DNA of 32,000 nt from contig NZ_CP019436.1 of the NCBI RefSeq assembly GCF_002201895.1, forward strand, positions 759,619-791,618, written 5' to 3'. Each line of letters begins with the position of its first letter. The first letter of the stretch is position 1. This document shows, piece by piece, positions 1 through 8,924 of the stretch. Origin of the DNA: Methanopyrus sp. SNP6 (GTDB lineage: Archaea; JAADCQ01; Methanopyri; Methanopyrales; Methanopyraceae). A program made the translations under genes and the position numbers. The notes beneath the pieces are model-generated. The model was not told the origin of the DNA and made no database searches. It saw only the letters and a program-made list of their open reading frames with translations.

Positions 1-1150
1 TTAGTACAGCGTGTCGCCTTAGGGACCGGAAATTATCAATAACAAATGCCACAAATGTGCAGAGAATCACTGCTGAAAACATCAAAAACCATTTCGGTTC
101 GAAACCGATCCGTTCCATGGGCTTCTGAAGCACAAGCCCGAAGGACAGGAGCAGTGCCACGCCTGTCATGATCGCAAAGGGGAAGAAAGTTCTCGGACGG
201 CGTCGTGCCGCGAGGATTAGCCCCGACCAACCAAGGAAGAACTGGACCGCACCCACGTATTTAGCATACCTTGTTTTCCAGTAACCCGGTACGAAGAACT
301 CCCACGGATCGTGTACCGAAGACATGCTGATCCACCACTTCGGCTTGGTAGTGTAGGAGTACGTTCGGTACTCAAGGGCGGGTACCAACCACCACGAAAC
401 CGCGAGTACTGAGAGCAAGATCGCGGAAAGCACCCACGCGTGTCCCGGTACTTCCGGGAGTATCGAAGGAAGCTCTTCTTTCCCCACCGCCCACAACGTC
501 CAGGATCGAAAGACGCGGAGCGCTACGTAGGCCAGGCACACCGTTATAGCTGCCAGACCTGAACTATGGTGTGTGAGAACGGTCAGTGAGAGCACGAGCG
601 CCAAATAACCGGCCCAGCGACTGCGCTCCCAGACTCTCCGATATACGGCCACGAGCAGCCCGGGAACTAGTGCGTAGAAGACGATGGCAGCAACAGTCGG
701 GATCCGACCTTCAGTGAATGTAATTTCAATGTGATTGTAGGACGTCTGGTACGCGACGGCGGCGATCAGAGACCCTAACGGTGAGGCACCCATCAGACGG
801 GCGGATGCGTACACCGACGGTCCCGCAAGCGAGTAAGCCAGCCAAGTCCACCATTTCCACGCCGTTAGAACGTCCGTCTTTACGAAGTGCGTAATCAAGG
901 CAGGGATGAAGTATGACAGAGGCGGATAGAACCACAGAAAGGGATACCCACAGTACCAGTATTCTGACCATTTCGGGTACGGCACGTCGCCCATCGACCA
1001 GAGCTTTTCGAGCATCCAAACCTTAGTCATGTGTCCGCGCGCGTCTGCACCGCTAGGAAACCAGTTCCAACCGTAGTTAAGAGAGGGAGAAGACACCACC
1101 GTACCAACCACGAAAGCGACCAGTGCACACAGTACATCTTTACGGTCCAA
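1..1150 (-). CDS. Polytopic integral membrane protein, N-terminal part only (ORF runs off the left window edge)
   Basis: Absent from the ORF track because it is edge-truncated. My hand translation of the minus strand from TTG at 1150 stays open for 383 codons to position 1 (..RKDVLCALVAFVVGTVVSSPSLNYGWNWFP..YWYCGYPFLWFYPPLSYFIPAL..WVLSAILLSVLAVSWWLVPALEY..). It has many W/Y/F-rich hydrophobic segments. It resembles large archaeal glycosyltransferase-C-like membrane proteins, but the family is uncertain. Track ORFs 36..230 and 726..1019 are other frames of the same DNA. Confidence 0.7.
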   Translation of the reverse strand, partial: MDRKDVLCALVAFVVGTVVSSPSLNYGWNWFPSGADARGHMTKVWMLEKLWSMGDVPYPKWSEYWYCGYPFLWFYPPLSYFIPALITHFVKTDVLTAWKWWTWLAYSLAGPSVYASARLMGASPLGSLIAAVAYQTSYNHIEITFTEGRIPTVAAIVFYALVPGLLVAVYRRVWERSRWAGYLALVLSLTVLTHHSSGLAAITVCLAYVALRVFRSWTLWAVGKEELPSILPEVPGHAWVLSAILLSVLAVSWWLVPALEYRTYSYTTKPKWWISMSSVHDPWEFFVPGYWKTRYAKYVGAVQFFLGWSGLILAARRRPRTFFPFAIMTGVALLLSFGLVLQKPMERIGFEPKWFLMFSAVILCTFVAFVIDNFRSLRRHAVL

Positions 1151-1187
1151 CGTCCTCTTCCTTCCCCCTCGTCCGCGGGGTGAGAGC

Positions 1188-2348
1188 GTGGCTGACCCTT
1201 CTAAGGACGTTAAGAAGCTGTCGATGATGCTCGAATCGGAGGAATGGCGCGTAGAAAAGGCCATAGAGCGTGGTACGATCCGACGTGTGAGGACGTCTTT
1301 CCCGGACTTCGCCTACTACAGAACCGTACGGGAATTCGCTGGGTTCGAGCGGGGAACTTTGATCGTCCCGAGCCACGGGTTGTTGTTGCGCGGGTTTCCC
1401 AAGATTGAGCGCGCGTTGTTGCTTGAGCCGGCTCTCAGGTCGAGGTTCGGGAAAGCAGGTAAAGTGATCGTAGAAGAAAAAATGAACGGCCACAACGTAC
1501 GCGTGTTCGAGCTGGACGGAGATGTGTACGCAGCCACGCGCGGAGGTTTGATCTGCCCGTACACTACTCACAAGCTCCGGACTATGTTCGGGGATGAGTT
1601 GAAGCAGTTCTTCGAGGATTACCCCAGAACGGTAGTCTGTGGTGAGTTCGTGGGGAAGGAGAATCCGTACGTGTCCCGCGAGTACCCAGAAGCCCGTGAC
1701 GTGGGGTTCTTCGTGTTCGATGTCCGAGACCCGAGTGGGCGGTTCTGGTCGTACGAGGAGAAGCTGAGAGTTGACGAGTATGGGCTCGAACGCGTCCGGT
1801 GCTTCGGTGAGTTCGAGGTGGGCGAGGTCGAGGAGATCCACCGGATCGTCCGAGAGCTCGATCGTGAGGGCCGAGAAGGTATCGTCATCAAGGATCCGGA
1901 TCGAAGGTTACCCCCACTGAAGTACACGACACACTCGGCGCACGTTGAGGAGATCGAGTGGGCGTTCAGGTTCGCGTTCGACTTAGGTCGTGATTTCGTG
2001 CTGACTCGTACGATCCGAGAGGGATTCCAATCGTTTGAATGGTGTGAGGGGAATGAAGAGCTGAAGCGTCGAGGCGCGGAGATAGGGAGGGCGATAGTGG
2101 AAGGGTTGAGGAGAGCCGTAGAGCAAGTGGTGGAGGAAGGCGAAGCCTACGAAGAAATCCCACTAACCTTCGAATCACAAGAGTGGTTCGACCGGTACAA
2201 AGACTTCGTGAACCAGGTTACCGGAGGAACTCATTCACTTGAGATCATTGAGAAGAGGGAGGACGGAACCGTCCGTGCGGTACTACGAAAGCGTTACTTC
2301 GGGACCGGTGATAAGGTGTCACGAATCCTCGAGGAGGGGGTCCTGTAG
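1188..2348 (+). CDS. ATP-dependent RNA ligase, archaeal homodimeric Rnl3 (Pab1020/MthRnl) type
   Basis: 386-aa ORF with a GTG start. It carries nucleotidyltransferase motif I, EEKMNGHNVR (KxNG lysine), and its length and layout match this family. Confidence 0.8.
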   Translation: MADPSKDVKKLSMMLESEEWRVEKAIERGTIRRVRTSFPDFAYYRTVREFAGFERGTLIVPSHGLLLRGFPKIERALLLEPALRSRFGKAGKVIVEEKMNGHNVRVFELDGDVYAATRGGLICPYTTHKLRTMFGDELKQFFEDYPRTVVCGEFVGKENPYVSREYPEARDVGFFVFDVRDPSGRFWSYEEKLRVDEYGLERVRCFGEFEVGEVEEIHRIVRELDREGREGIVIKDPDRRLPPLKYTTHSAHVEEIEWAFRFAFDLGRDFVLTRTIREGFQSFEWCEGNEELKRRGAEIGRAIVEGLRRAVEQVVEEGEAYEEIPLTFESQEWFDRYKDFVNQVTGGTHSLEIIEKREDGTVRAVLRKRYFGTGDKVSRILEEGVL

Positions 2349-2352
2349 GGGT

Positions 2353-2829
2353 TTGATAGAAGTAGAGATCCCAGGTCGAGGCGAACTGCGGCTAGAACAC
2401 CTAGTCCTCGATTACAACGGTACGATAGCTTCGGGAGGAAAGTTGCTCGAAAGCGTCGTCGAGCCACTGCAAGAGCTTACCGAAATCGTGCACGTTGTCG
2501 TCGCATCTGCGGATACTTACGGTACGGTTGAAAACGAACTGAACGGTGCCGAACTGGACATCGAGATTTACAGGGTAAGCGCCGGGAACGAGCGGGAGGA
2601 TAAAGCCGAACTGATCGAGGAACTGGGACCGGAAGTCTGCGCTGCCGTTGGGAACGGTGCGAACGACGAGTTGATGCTTAAAAGGGCCGCATTGAGCATC
2701 TGCGTGATAGGTCCGGAGGGAGCGTGTTCGAAAACCCTGCTGAGTGCAGACGTGGTCGTGCGAGAGCCACGTGAAGCCCTGGAGCTACTCTTAGATCCGA
2801 AAGCGCTCAGGGCGACGTTGAGGTGTTAA
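2353..2829 (+). CDS. HAD-superfamily hydrolase of the 'soluble P-type ATPase-like' group
   Basis: Motif I is LVLDYNGTIA (DxxGT, as in P-type ATPases), and the distal motif is VGNGANDELMLKRA. I place the start at TTG 2353, 4 nt after the RNA ligase stop. The track ORF start at 2239 lies inside the ligase gene. Confidence 0.6.
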   Translation: MIEVEIPGRGELRLEHLVLDYNGTIASGGKLLESVVEPLQELTEIVHVVVASADTYGTVENELNGAELDIEIYRVSAGNEREDKAELIEELGPEVCAAVGNGANDELMLKRAALSICVIGPEGACSKTLLSADVVVREPREALELLLDPKALRATLRC

Positions 2830-4103
2830 CGTTGCGGGCGCTGCTCAATGGTAAGATCTTGATCGGAGGACGGGTACGAGAGCGCGAGGTGCTGATCGAA
2901 AATGGTTGGATAGTTAAGATCGGCAAGAGATTGAACGAAGAGGCCGACCTCACGTTGGAACTAGGAAGAAGGGAGCTAGCTGTTCCAGCACCGATCGACC
3001 TGCACGTGCATTGCCGGGACCCGCACCCGGACTATCCGTTTGGGTTCAAAACCGAAACAAGAAGGTTTCTTTTAGGGGGAGTCGCCACCGTAGTAGACAT
3101 GCCGAACACGCGTCCGGCACCCACTACACCTGAAGCGTACTACGAAAAGGAGAAACTGGCGCGGGAGAACGCCGAGATCGAGGTCATCGTAGCCGGGGGC
3201 GTGAAGGACCCACATTGTACCAAGAAACTCATCGAAGCCGGGACGTACGTGCTCGGAGAAGTGTTCCTAGCGACGTCCACTGACGCGCCTGCGATACCGT
3301 GGAGCACGCTCCCGGAGATCTTCAAGGAATTACCACCTGATGGCCCTCTAATAATATTCCATCCCGAGCTCGACGAGCTGGTGGCCGAGAAGCCGGCTCG
3401 AAACCTCTACGAGCACTTGAAAAATAGGCCACCGGAGGCTGAAACAGCCGCCGTAGGGCTCCTGGCCGGTCTCAAGGCGAGATACCCGTGCCGTATCCAC
3501 CTGTCTCACGTCACGCTGCCAGAGTCGGTAAAGATCGCAAAAGGAGCGGACATCACCGTAGACGTGACTCCCCATCATCTCTTTTTCGACGTACTGCGAG
3601 TGGACCCGGAAGACCCGGTGTTTAAAGTGAACCCTCCACTGAGAGGTAGTCATCACAGACTCAGACTCCTGCGCGCTGTGAGAAGAGGGGACGTGGACGT
3701 ACTCGCCTCCGATCACGCCCCACACACCTTCGAGGACGAGTTCGAGGGCATCCCATCAGGAGTCACTGGAGGAGAGGTTATCCTGCCAGCGGCTCTCACG
3801 TTACATAAACGATTAGGTTTACCACTGAGGGACGCTATAGCCATGATCACGCGCCGACCGGCGGAGCTCCTAGGCCGCGACGACCTGGGTGAGATAGCGG
3901 TGGGGAAACGTGCCAGAATAACGGTTGTCCGAATGCGGGAGTTTGTCGTCCGGGCCGAAGAGTTCGGAGAGGAAGATCGGAAATTCCCCTACGACGGTAT
4001 GCGGATGTTCGGAGAACCCATCAAGTTGATCGACGGAACCAAGGTGTACGACCTCAAGGAATCTCGGCGGGAAGGGAAGCCGGTCATATTGGAGGGTGAG
4101 TGA
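2823..4103 (+). CDS. pyrC: Dihydroorotase (amidohydrolase superfamily)
   Basis: 426 aa with metal-ligand motifs PIDLHVHCRDP and VLASDHAPH. The start overlaps the preceding stop by 7 nt. Confidence 0.85.
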   Translation: MLTLRALLNGKILIGGRVREREVLIENGWIVKIGKRLNEEADLTLELGRRELAVPAPIDLHVHCRDPHPDYPFGFKTETRRFLLGGVATVVDMPNTRPAPTTPEAYYEKEKLARENAEIEVIVAGGVKDPHCTKKLIEAGTYVLGEVFLATSTDAPAIPWSTLPEIFKELPPDGPLIIFHPELDELVAEKPARNLYEHLKNRPPEAETAAVGLLAGLKARYPCRIHLSHVTLPESVKIAKGADITVDVTPHHLFFDVLRVDPEDPVFKVNPPLRGSHHRLRLLRAVRRGDVDVLASDHAPHTFEDEFEGIPSGVTGGEVILPAALTLHKRLGLPLRDAIAMITRRPAELLGRDDLGEIAVGKRARITVVRMREFVVRAEEFGEEDRKFPYDGMRMFGEPIKLIDGTKVYDLKESRREGKPVILEGE

Positions 4104-5793
4104 GTTGCCCACGGGTGCCAGGGTACTCGTCGAGTGCTTGAAAGAAGAGGGTGTCGAGCACATTTTCGGGTACCCGGGAGGCGCCGTCCTACCGATTTAT
4201 GACGAGATCTACGACGAGGTTTCGATCGAACATATCCTAGTACGACACGAGCAGGGAGCGGCTCACGCCGCCGATGGGTACGCGAGAGTGAAAGGGAAAC
4301 CCGGAGTATGCATGGCGACATCGGGACCAGGGGCGACGAACCTAGTCACAGGTATTGCCACAGCTTACATGGACTCGTCCCCGGTAATAGCCATCACCGG
4401 ACAGGTTCCCACTACCATGATCGGAAAGGACGCATTCCAGGAGGTCGACGCCGTCGGCGTGTTCATGCCCATCACTAAACACAACTACCAAATAGGGAAA
4501 CCTGAGGAGATACCGGAAGTCGTGAAGGAAGCGTTCAAGATAGCTATCACCGGTCGGCCGGGACCTGTTCATATCGACGTACCTAAGGACGTGCAGGAAG
4601 CGGAAGCGGATATCGAGATACCCAAAACTGTCGAGGTCGAGGGATTGAACGTGGTCAAGCGCGGCCATCCGGTTCAAGTCAAACGGGCAGCGGAGTTACT
4701 CGCCGAGGCAGAGCGACCCGTCATCTTGGCAGGTGGTGGGTGTGTAATATCCAACGCCACTCGGGAGCTGATCGAGCTCGCGGAACTGCTCGGTGCCCCG
4801 GTGGCTACGACCCTCATGGGGAAGGGAGCGTTTCCAGAGGATCATCCACTAGCACTGGGTATGGCCGGTATGCACGGCACTAAGGCTGCGAACTACGCGC
4901 TAACGGAGTGCGACGTACTACTCGCTGTAGGGTGCAGGTTCTCGGATAGGACTACGGGAGATCCTTCCGGATTCGCTCCCGGAGCGAAAATCATCCATAT
5001 CGACATAGACCCCGCCGAGATCGGCAAGAACATTCCAGTCGACGTGCCCATAGTCGGTGATGCGAAGCTAGTCCTCAGGGACCTGATCAAGGAGTTGAAG
5101 CGGCGTAAGTACTTGAGGGAACGTAAGCGCTGGGGGAAGAGAATCGAGGAACTTAAGGCCGAAGTGGAGATGCCTCCGGAACACACGGAGTCCGACCAAC
5201 GGATCAGCCCACGTGAGCTCGTACGCGCGTTACACGAAGCCCTGAGAGATCGGGATTACATTCTCACGACGGACGTAGGTCAGAACCAGATGTGGATGGC
5301 ACGATACTTCCCGGTGGAAGAACCGCGCAGGTTCATCTCCTCCGGCGGTTTAGGGACCATGGGATTCGGTCTCCCGGCCGCGCTCGGTGCCAAGGTGGCC
5401 GCACCGGAGAAAACCGTGGTCGCCGTGGTAGGAGACGGCGGATTCTTGATGACAGCGCAGGAGTTAGCCACGGCCGTGGACAACGACATCGAGGTGAAAG
5501 TCTTCGTAATGGATAACAGACTACTGGGGATGGTAGCACAGTGGCAGAGACTGTTTTATGACGAAAGGTTGTCGGAGTCGAAACTCGATGAGAAAACCGA
5601 CATAGTGAAACTGACGGGGTCGTACGGAGCGACCGGGATCACCGTGGAGGAGCCGAGCGAGCTGGAGTCCGCAGTGGAGGAAGCTTTCGAGACTCCGGGC
5701 ACGGTAGTGGTGGATGTGTTTGTGGACCCGAAAGAAATCATCCCTATGGTACCGCCGGGAGGCGAGTTGCGCGACATCTTGGGTGAAAAATAA
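4096..5793 (+). CDS. ilvB: Acetolactate synthase (AHAS) large catalytic subunit, ThDP-dependent
   Basis: 565 aa with HEQGAAHAADGYARVKGKPGVCMATSGPGATNLVTGIATAYMDSSPVIAITGQV and the ThDP motif GLGTMGFGLPAALGAK..VVGDGGFLM. It overlaps the pyrC stop by 8 nt. Confidence 0.9.
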   Translation: MSELPTGARVLVECLKEEGVEHIFGYPGGAVLPIYDEIYDEVSIEHILVRHEQGAAHAADGYARVKGKPGVCMATSGPGATNLVTGIATAYMDSSPVIAITGQVPTTMIGKDAFQEVDAVGVFMPITKHNYQIGKPEEIPEVVKEAFKIAITGRPGPVHIDVPKDVQEAEADIEIPKTVEVEGLNVVKRGHPVQVKRAAELLAEAERPVILAGGGCVISNATRELIELAELLGAPVATTLMGKGAFPEDHPLALGMAGMHGTKAANYALTECDVLLAVGCRFSDRTTGDPSGFAPGAKIIHIDIDPAEIGKNIPVDVPIVGDAKLVLRDLIKELKRRKYLRERKRWGKRIEELKAEVEMPPEHTESDQRISPRELVRALHEALRDRDYILTTDVGQNQMWMARYFPVEEPRRFISSGGLGTMGFGLPAALGAKVAAPEKTVVAVVGDGGFLMTAQELATAVDNDIEVKVFVMDNRLLGMVAQWQRLFYDERLSESKLDEKTDIVKLTGSYGATGITVEEPSELESAVEEAFETPGTVVVDVFVDPKEIIPMVPPGGELRDILGEK

Positions 5794-5823
5794 GGAGGAA
5801 GCGTAAAAAAGGATGGAAGGGAT

Positions 5824-5982
5824 CTACTCCTCGACCTCTATCACACGGGGCACCAACATCGCTGTGCACATTTCAGGCATTTCGAGAGTGGTCTGGTCGT
5901 CCTCCCAGCGTTCCAACTCCACCCGATCACTTCCGGATAGAGTGTGGAGGACGCGTCCGAAATTCATCGGGTCCTCCCCCAC
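5824..5982 (-). CDS. Small acidic hypothetical protein (52 aa from GTG 5982, or 47 aa from ATG 5967)
   Basis: Below the 60-aa cutoff of the track. Hand translation gives VGEDPMNFGRVLHTLSGSDRVELERWEDDQTTLEMPEMCTAMLVPRVIEVEE*. The minus strand has TATTTTAA at 6018-6011, about 30 nt upstream, and a T6 tract (5810-5805) just after the stop. The opposite-strand track ORF 5813..6019 is S/T/R-rich and looks like a shadow ORF. Confidence 0.35.
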   Translation of the reverse strand: MGEDPMNFGRVLHTLSGSDRVELERWEDDQTTLEMPEMCTAMLVPRVIEVEE

Positions 5983-6150
5983 TCGTTTTACCCACGAATG
6001 TACGAGGTCGTTAAAATAGAAGGCGTGTCATGACGAGGGTGTGGAGTTCCTAAAGCGCGATCCGTGTTCACGAGATGGGCACAGCGTTGTTCGATCTACT
6101 TCGAAAAAGTTAAAAGGCGCGTAGCGGACGAGGATCGAGGGGGTCCGAAT

Positions 6151-6537
6151 ATGGACTTCGAGGAGTACCTCGAGAAGTGGTTCAAGGGAGAAACTACCGA
6201 AGTGGGTATCTATATGGCGATGGCTATCGTCGCTAGAGAACAGGGTTATCCCGAAGTAGGTGACTTGCTGGAGCAAATCGCCATGGACGAAGCCAGACAT
6301 GCGGCCGCAGCGGCACTGATAGCAGGTAAAGTAGAGAACAGTCTAAAGGGACTGATCGAGAAGATGGAGGAGATGATTGAAGGTGAGAAAAACGCCTACG
6401 AGACCAGGATGGACGAGGCCGACCACCACTCCGATGAGCTGGACGACGAGGTTATCACCCTGCTGAAGGCCACAGCATACGACGAGAGGCACCACAGGAA
6501 GATGCTCAAAGCGGCCCTAGAAAAGCTGAATGAGTAA
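6151..6537 (+). CDS. Rubrerythrin/ferritin-like diiron four-helix-bundle protein (no rubredoxin domain)
   Basis: Two E...ExxH pairs are present (ETTEVGIYMAMA..MDEARH and EGEKNAYE..YDERHH). The likely start is ATG 6151, with an A/T-rich block about 40 nt upstream. The track start at 6064 adds a basic, non-conserved-looking extension. Confidence 0.7.
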   Translation: MDFEEYLEKWFKGETTEVGIYMAMAIVAREQGYPEVGDLLEQIAMDEARHAAAAALIAGKVENSLKGLIEKMEEMIEGEKNAYETRMDEADHHSDELDDEVITLLKATAYDERHHRKMLKAALEKLNE

Positions 6538-6603
6538 TCCCAAGCACCTTTCTTCGTCGCCCTCGCTCAATCGTTATGACATCCGAAACGAGGGAGTGGA
6601 CCT

Positions 6604-7373
6604 TTGAGGTACGTCGACGCGCACGTACACCTCGACGTTAGGAGTTACGAAAACATCGAGAAGATGGCTTTATCTGGAGTCCGAACTGTCATCACGTGCT
6701 CTCACGATCCCTACCCTGACATGACGGCCGAAGTGTACTCCGCCCTCTTTCGGAGGCTACTCAAAGTGGAAACGTGGAGAGGCAGAAAGGCAGGGCTAAC
6801 GGTCAGAGTGGCAGTGGGAGTACATCCGGGAGGAGTACCGGATAACGTGAGTGACGTGCTACGGGAAATCGAAGATCTCCTAAGTTATGATGACGTCGTA
6901 GCGATCGGAGAGACAGGTCTCAACGAAAATCCGGACGATAGAGATCCGAGCCTTAAAGGTCCAGCTGGAGTTAGCCCGAGAATACGAGGTACCCATCATT
7001 GTCCACACGCCGAGCAAGAACAAGGTTGGAATCACCGAGAAGGTGTTGGATATCTTGAATTCCTCGGGTATAGATCCATCACTGGTGTTAGTGGACCACG
7101 CCTCGGCGGAGGACCGTCCAGCTAATCGGTGAGGAAGGGTACGCGGTTGGGCTGACACTCCGACCGGGAGAGCTCGACGTGTGGGAAGCGTGTGATATCG
7201 TAGAGGAGTACGCCGACGAGGTGACGCTCATCGCGAGCAGTGACCTGGGATCACTAGCCGCCGATCCACTCGCTCTCCCCAAGCTAGCCCTCGAACTGGA
7301 ACGCCGGAACGTCGAGAAAGGCGTTATCCGGGACGTTACAGCCCGGAACGCCAAGAGGTTTTACGGGCTCTAA
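6604..7373 (+). pseudogene. TatD-related TIM-barrel metal-dependent hydrolase interrupted by two +1 frameshifts
   Basis: The frame from 6604 reads MRYVDAHVHLD..VVAIGETGLNENPDD and then degenerates. The next frame, from about 6941, reads EIRALKVQLELAREYEVPIIVHTPSKNKVGITEKVLDILNSSGIDPSLVLVDHASAED and stops at TGA 7130. The third frame, from about 7116, reads VQLIGEEGYAVGLTLRPGELDVWEACDIVEEYADEVTLIASSDLGS..ARNAKRFYGL*. The track shows only fragments 6604..7125 and 7179..7373. Confidence 0.7.
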
Positions 7374-7593
7374 CCCCTAGCCCTAGAGCACGAGGTTTCA
7401 GGCAGCTCCGGTTCCTTCCTTTATCGATCACGCGGGCGGGTGATCAAGCCTGTCAGAGCAACCCCACATTGAAGACGAATCCTACAGCGATTCCTAAGGA
7501 TCACTTCCTCATCACGAGACCGATTAAGACCTGAGGACGAACCCTCGTTCTAGTCGTCCTTGATGACGTTTCACGAGGGGCCGTGAGGACCGA

Positions 7594-8349
7594 TTGCGCT
7601 TCGCCGCGCTCTACTCACATCCGTTCGGTAAGAGGATGATAGCCAATCTACTGAACGAACCCGGTCACTGCAGAGCTTGCGGGCCTGCATGCGACGGATG
7701 CAAGTACGACATGTACTCCCTCGTCGACTCCCTTGTCACCGTTGAGAGGATACCTAAACCGGAGGAGTTACCATCGTTCATCGACGAGCCAAAGAACTAC
7801 CTCCCAGAAATACCACCAGTAGATGTTCTTGTGGTGATCGGATTGCACCCAGACCTCCTTGTAGCGTTACCCAGAGTGTACAAAATCAAGGCACTGATAG
7901 TACCCGTCGAGGAACCCGATTGGATCGACCCGTGGATCGAGGAGAAACTACGAGAGGTGTGCGAAGGAGACGGCGTGGAGCTCACCGTGGCGAGGCCAGG
8001 GTGCGACCTGGAACCGTCGGGTCCCGTAACCGAGGCGTTCTGCGACGCGGGCATGATCGGGAAGCCTAAGCTGTTTATGAAGGTCGAGGACGGCGTCGTG
8101 ACCGACGTCAACGTAGTACGATCGGCGCCATGCGGTTGCACGTGGTTCGTGGCCAAACGACTGGTCGGTGTGGACGCTGATCCCGAAGAGGTGAAGGCTA
8201 CAGTTTCCGAGACGCACCACTCGTACCCCTGCACGGCTTCGATGGAGGTCGACAAGCACGTCGGGGACACCCTGCTCCACGTAGCGGGACGGTTGCACAT
8301 CAAGGCGGCTCTCCGAGCGCTCGAAGAAGCGATAGATACCGACACCTGA
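7594..8349 (+). CDS. Cys-rich conserved archaeal protein, DUF166-like (a family sometimes labelled archaeal thymidylate-synthase-like)
   Basis: 251 aa with a TTG start. Motifs are CRACGPACDGCKY, SAPCGCTWFVAKRLVG and HHSYPCTASM. The family assignment is from memory and moderately uncertain. Confidence 0.6.
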   Translation: MRFAALYSHPFGKRMIANLLNEPGHCRACGPACDGCKYDMYSLVDSLVTVERIPKPEELPSFIDEPKNYLPEIPPVDVLVVIGLHPDLLVALPRVYKIKALIVPVEEPDWIDPWIEEKLREVCEGDGVELTVARPGCDLEPSGPVTEAFCDAGMIGKPKLFMKVEDGVVTDVNVVRSAPCGCTWFVAKRLVGVDADPEEVKATVSETHHSYPCTASMEVDKHVGDTLLHVAGRLHIKAALRALEEAIDTDT

Positions 8350-8357
8350 TAGGCATC

Positions 8358-8786
8358 TCACTCCTCTCCTGGTACTCTCTCCAAAACTTCCCGGAACAGT
8401 CTCCACTTATCCTCGTATAGATTGTACTCCCTGCGTACGTCGTCCTCGACGTCTTCGACTCTGTAACCCACGGGATAGTACGTCGAAACAAGCTCTCCGT
8501 TTCGGCGCTTTGGTCTCAGTTCTATTTCACCCAGACGGAGCAGATCGAAGACAGCTTCCTTCACATCGACGGAGAAGTAGGGTGCCTTGAGCAGTATGCA
8601 GTGACCGTATTCAGTTCCCGTCAGTGGTCTTCCGGTCTCACGCTCGAAAGCTTTGTCCAGTAAATACACCGCACGGAACAGGGAGCGCTTGTCTAGACCG
8701 GGCCGGAACGCGACGATGTACTTCACCAGAGGCCGCAGGTTAGCGTCCGTCGGTTTGACCTTGTGACACCTGCATCGGGCATGCAA
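8358..8786 (-). CDS. Hypothetical protein; weak resemblance to DUF4065/Panacea-type domain plus a C-terminal winged-helix-like segment
   Basis: I prefer TTG 8786, which is preceded by GGGGGAG 6 nt upstream. The open frame continues to 8900 and 9191, but that part is antisense to the cooS N-terminus. The core reads LFRAVYLLDKAFERETGRPLTGTEYGHCILLKAPYF. The start is uncertain. Confidence 0.5.
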   Translation of the reverse strand: MHARCRCHKVKPTDANLRPLVKYIVAFRPGLDKRSLFRAVYLLDKAFERETGRPLTGTEYGHCILLKAPYFSVDVKEAVFDLLRLGEIELRPKRRNGELVSTYYPVGYRVEDVEDDVRREYNLYEDKWRLFREVLERVPGEE

Positions 8787-8847
8787 TCGAGGCTCCCCCT
8801 CGTATCGGTGTGTTCGGAAGTACTCAAACGTTTGATGAAAATCGAAA

Positions 8848-8857
8848 CTAATATAAG
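8848..8857. promoter_or_regulatory. A/T-rich near-palindromic TATA-like element (CTAATATAAG) between divergent cooS and the 8358..8786 gene
   Basis: It is the only A/T-rich block in the divergent region. It lies about 70 nt upstream of the cooS GTG (8925, with GGGGAG 5-9 nt upstream) and about 60 nt upstream of TTG 8786 on the other strand. Confidence 0.35.
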
Positions 8858-8924
8858 TCGAGCTACCCTCATAACGGTCGAATAATGTCGAACATTCCAA
8901 CAGTACCGAACAGGGGAGATCCCC

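Noticed and set aside
2239-2352. N-terminal extensions of track ORFs into upstream genes (2239..2352; also 6064..6150 and 13429..13650)
   Set aside because: The extensions overlap the preceding gene or are basic, low-complexity sequence. Conserved domain sequence begins at internal TTG, ATG or GTG codons with better spacing to upstream signals.
5813-6019. 68-aa plus-strand ORF between ilvB and the rubrerythrin-like gene
   Set aside because: It has S/T/R-rich composition and no signals. The opposite strand carries a better small ORF with a TATA box and T-tract.
7130-7132. In-frame TGA in the TatD-like gene as a possible selenocysteine codon
   Set aside because: Reading through the TGA gives nonsense sequence (..NRxGRVRGWADTPTG..). 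Shifting +1 a few codons earlier gives family-like sequence to the natural stop, so it is a frameshift, not recoding of UGA.
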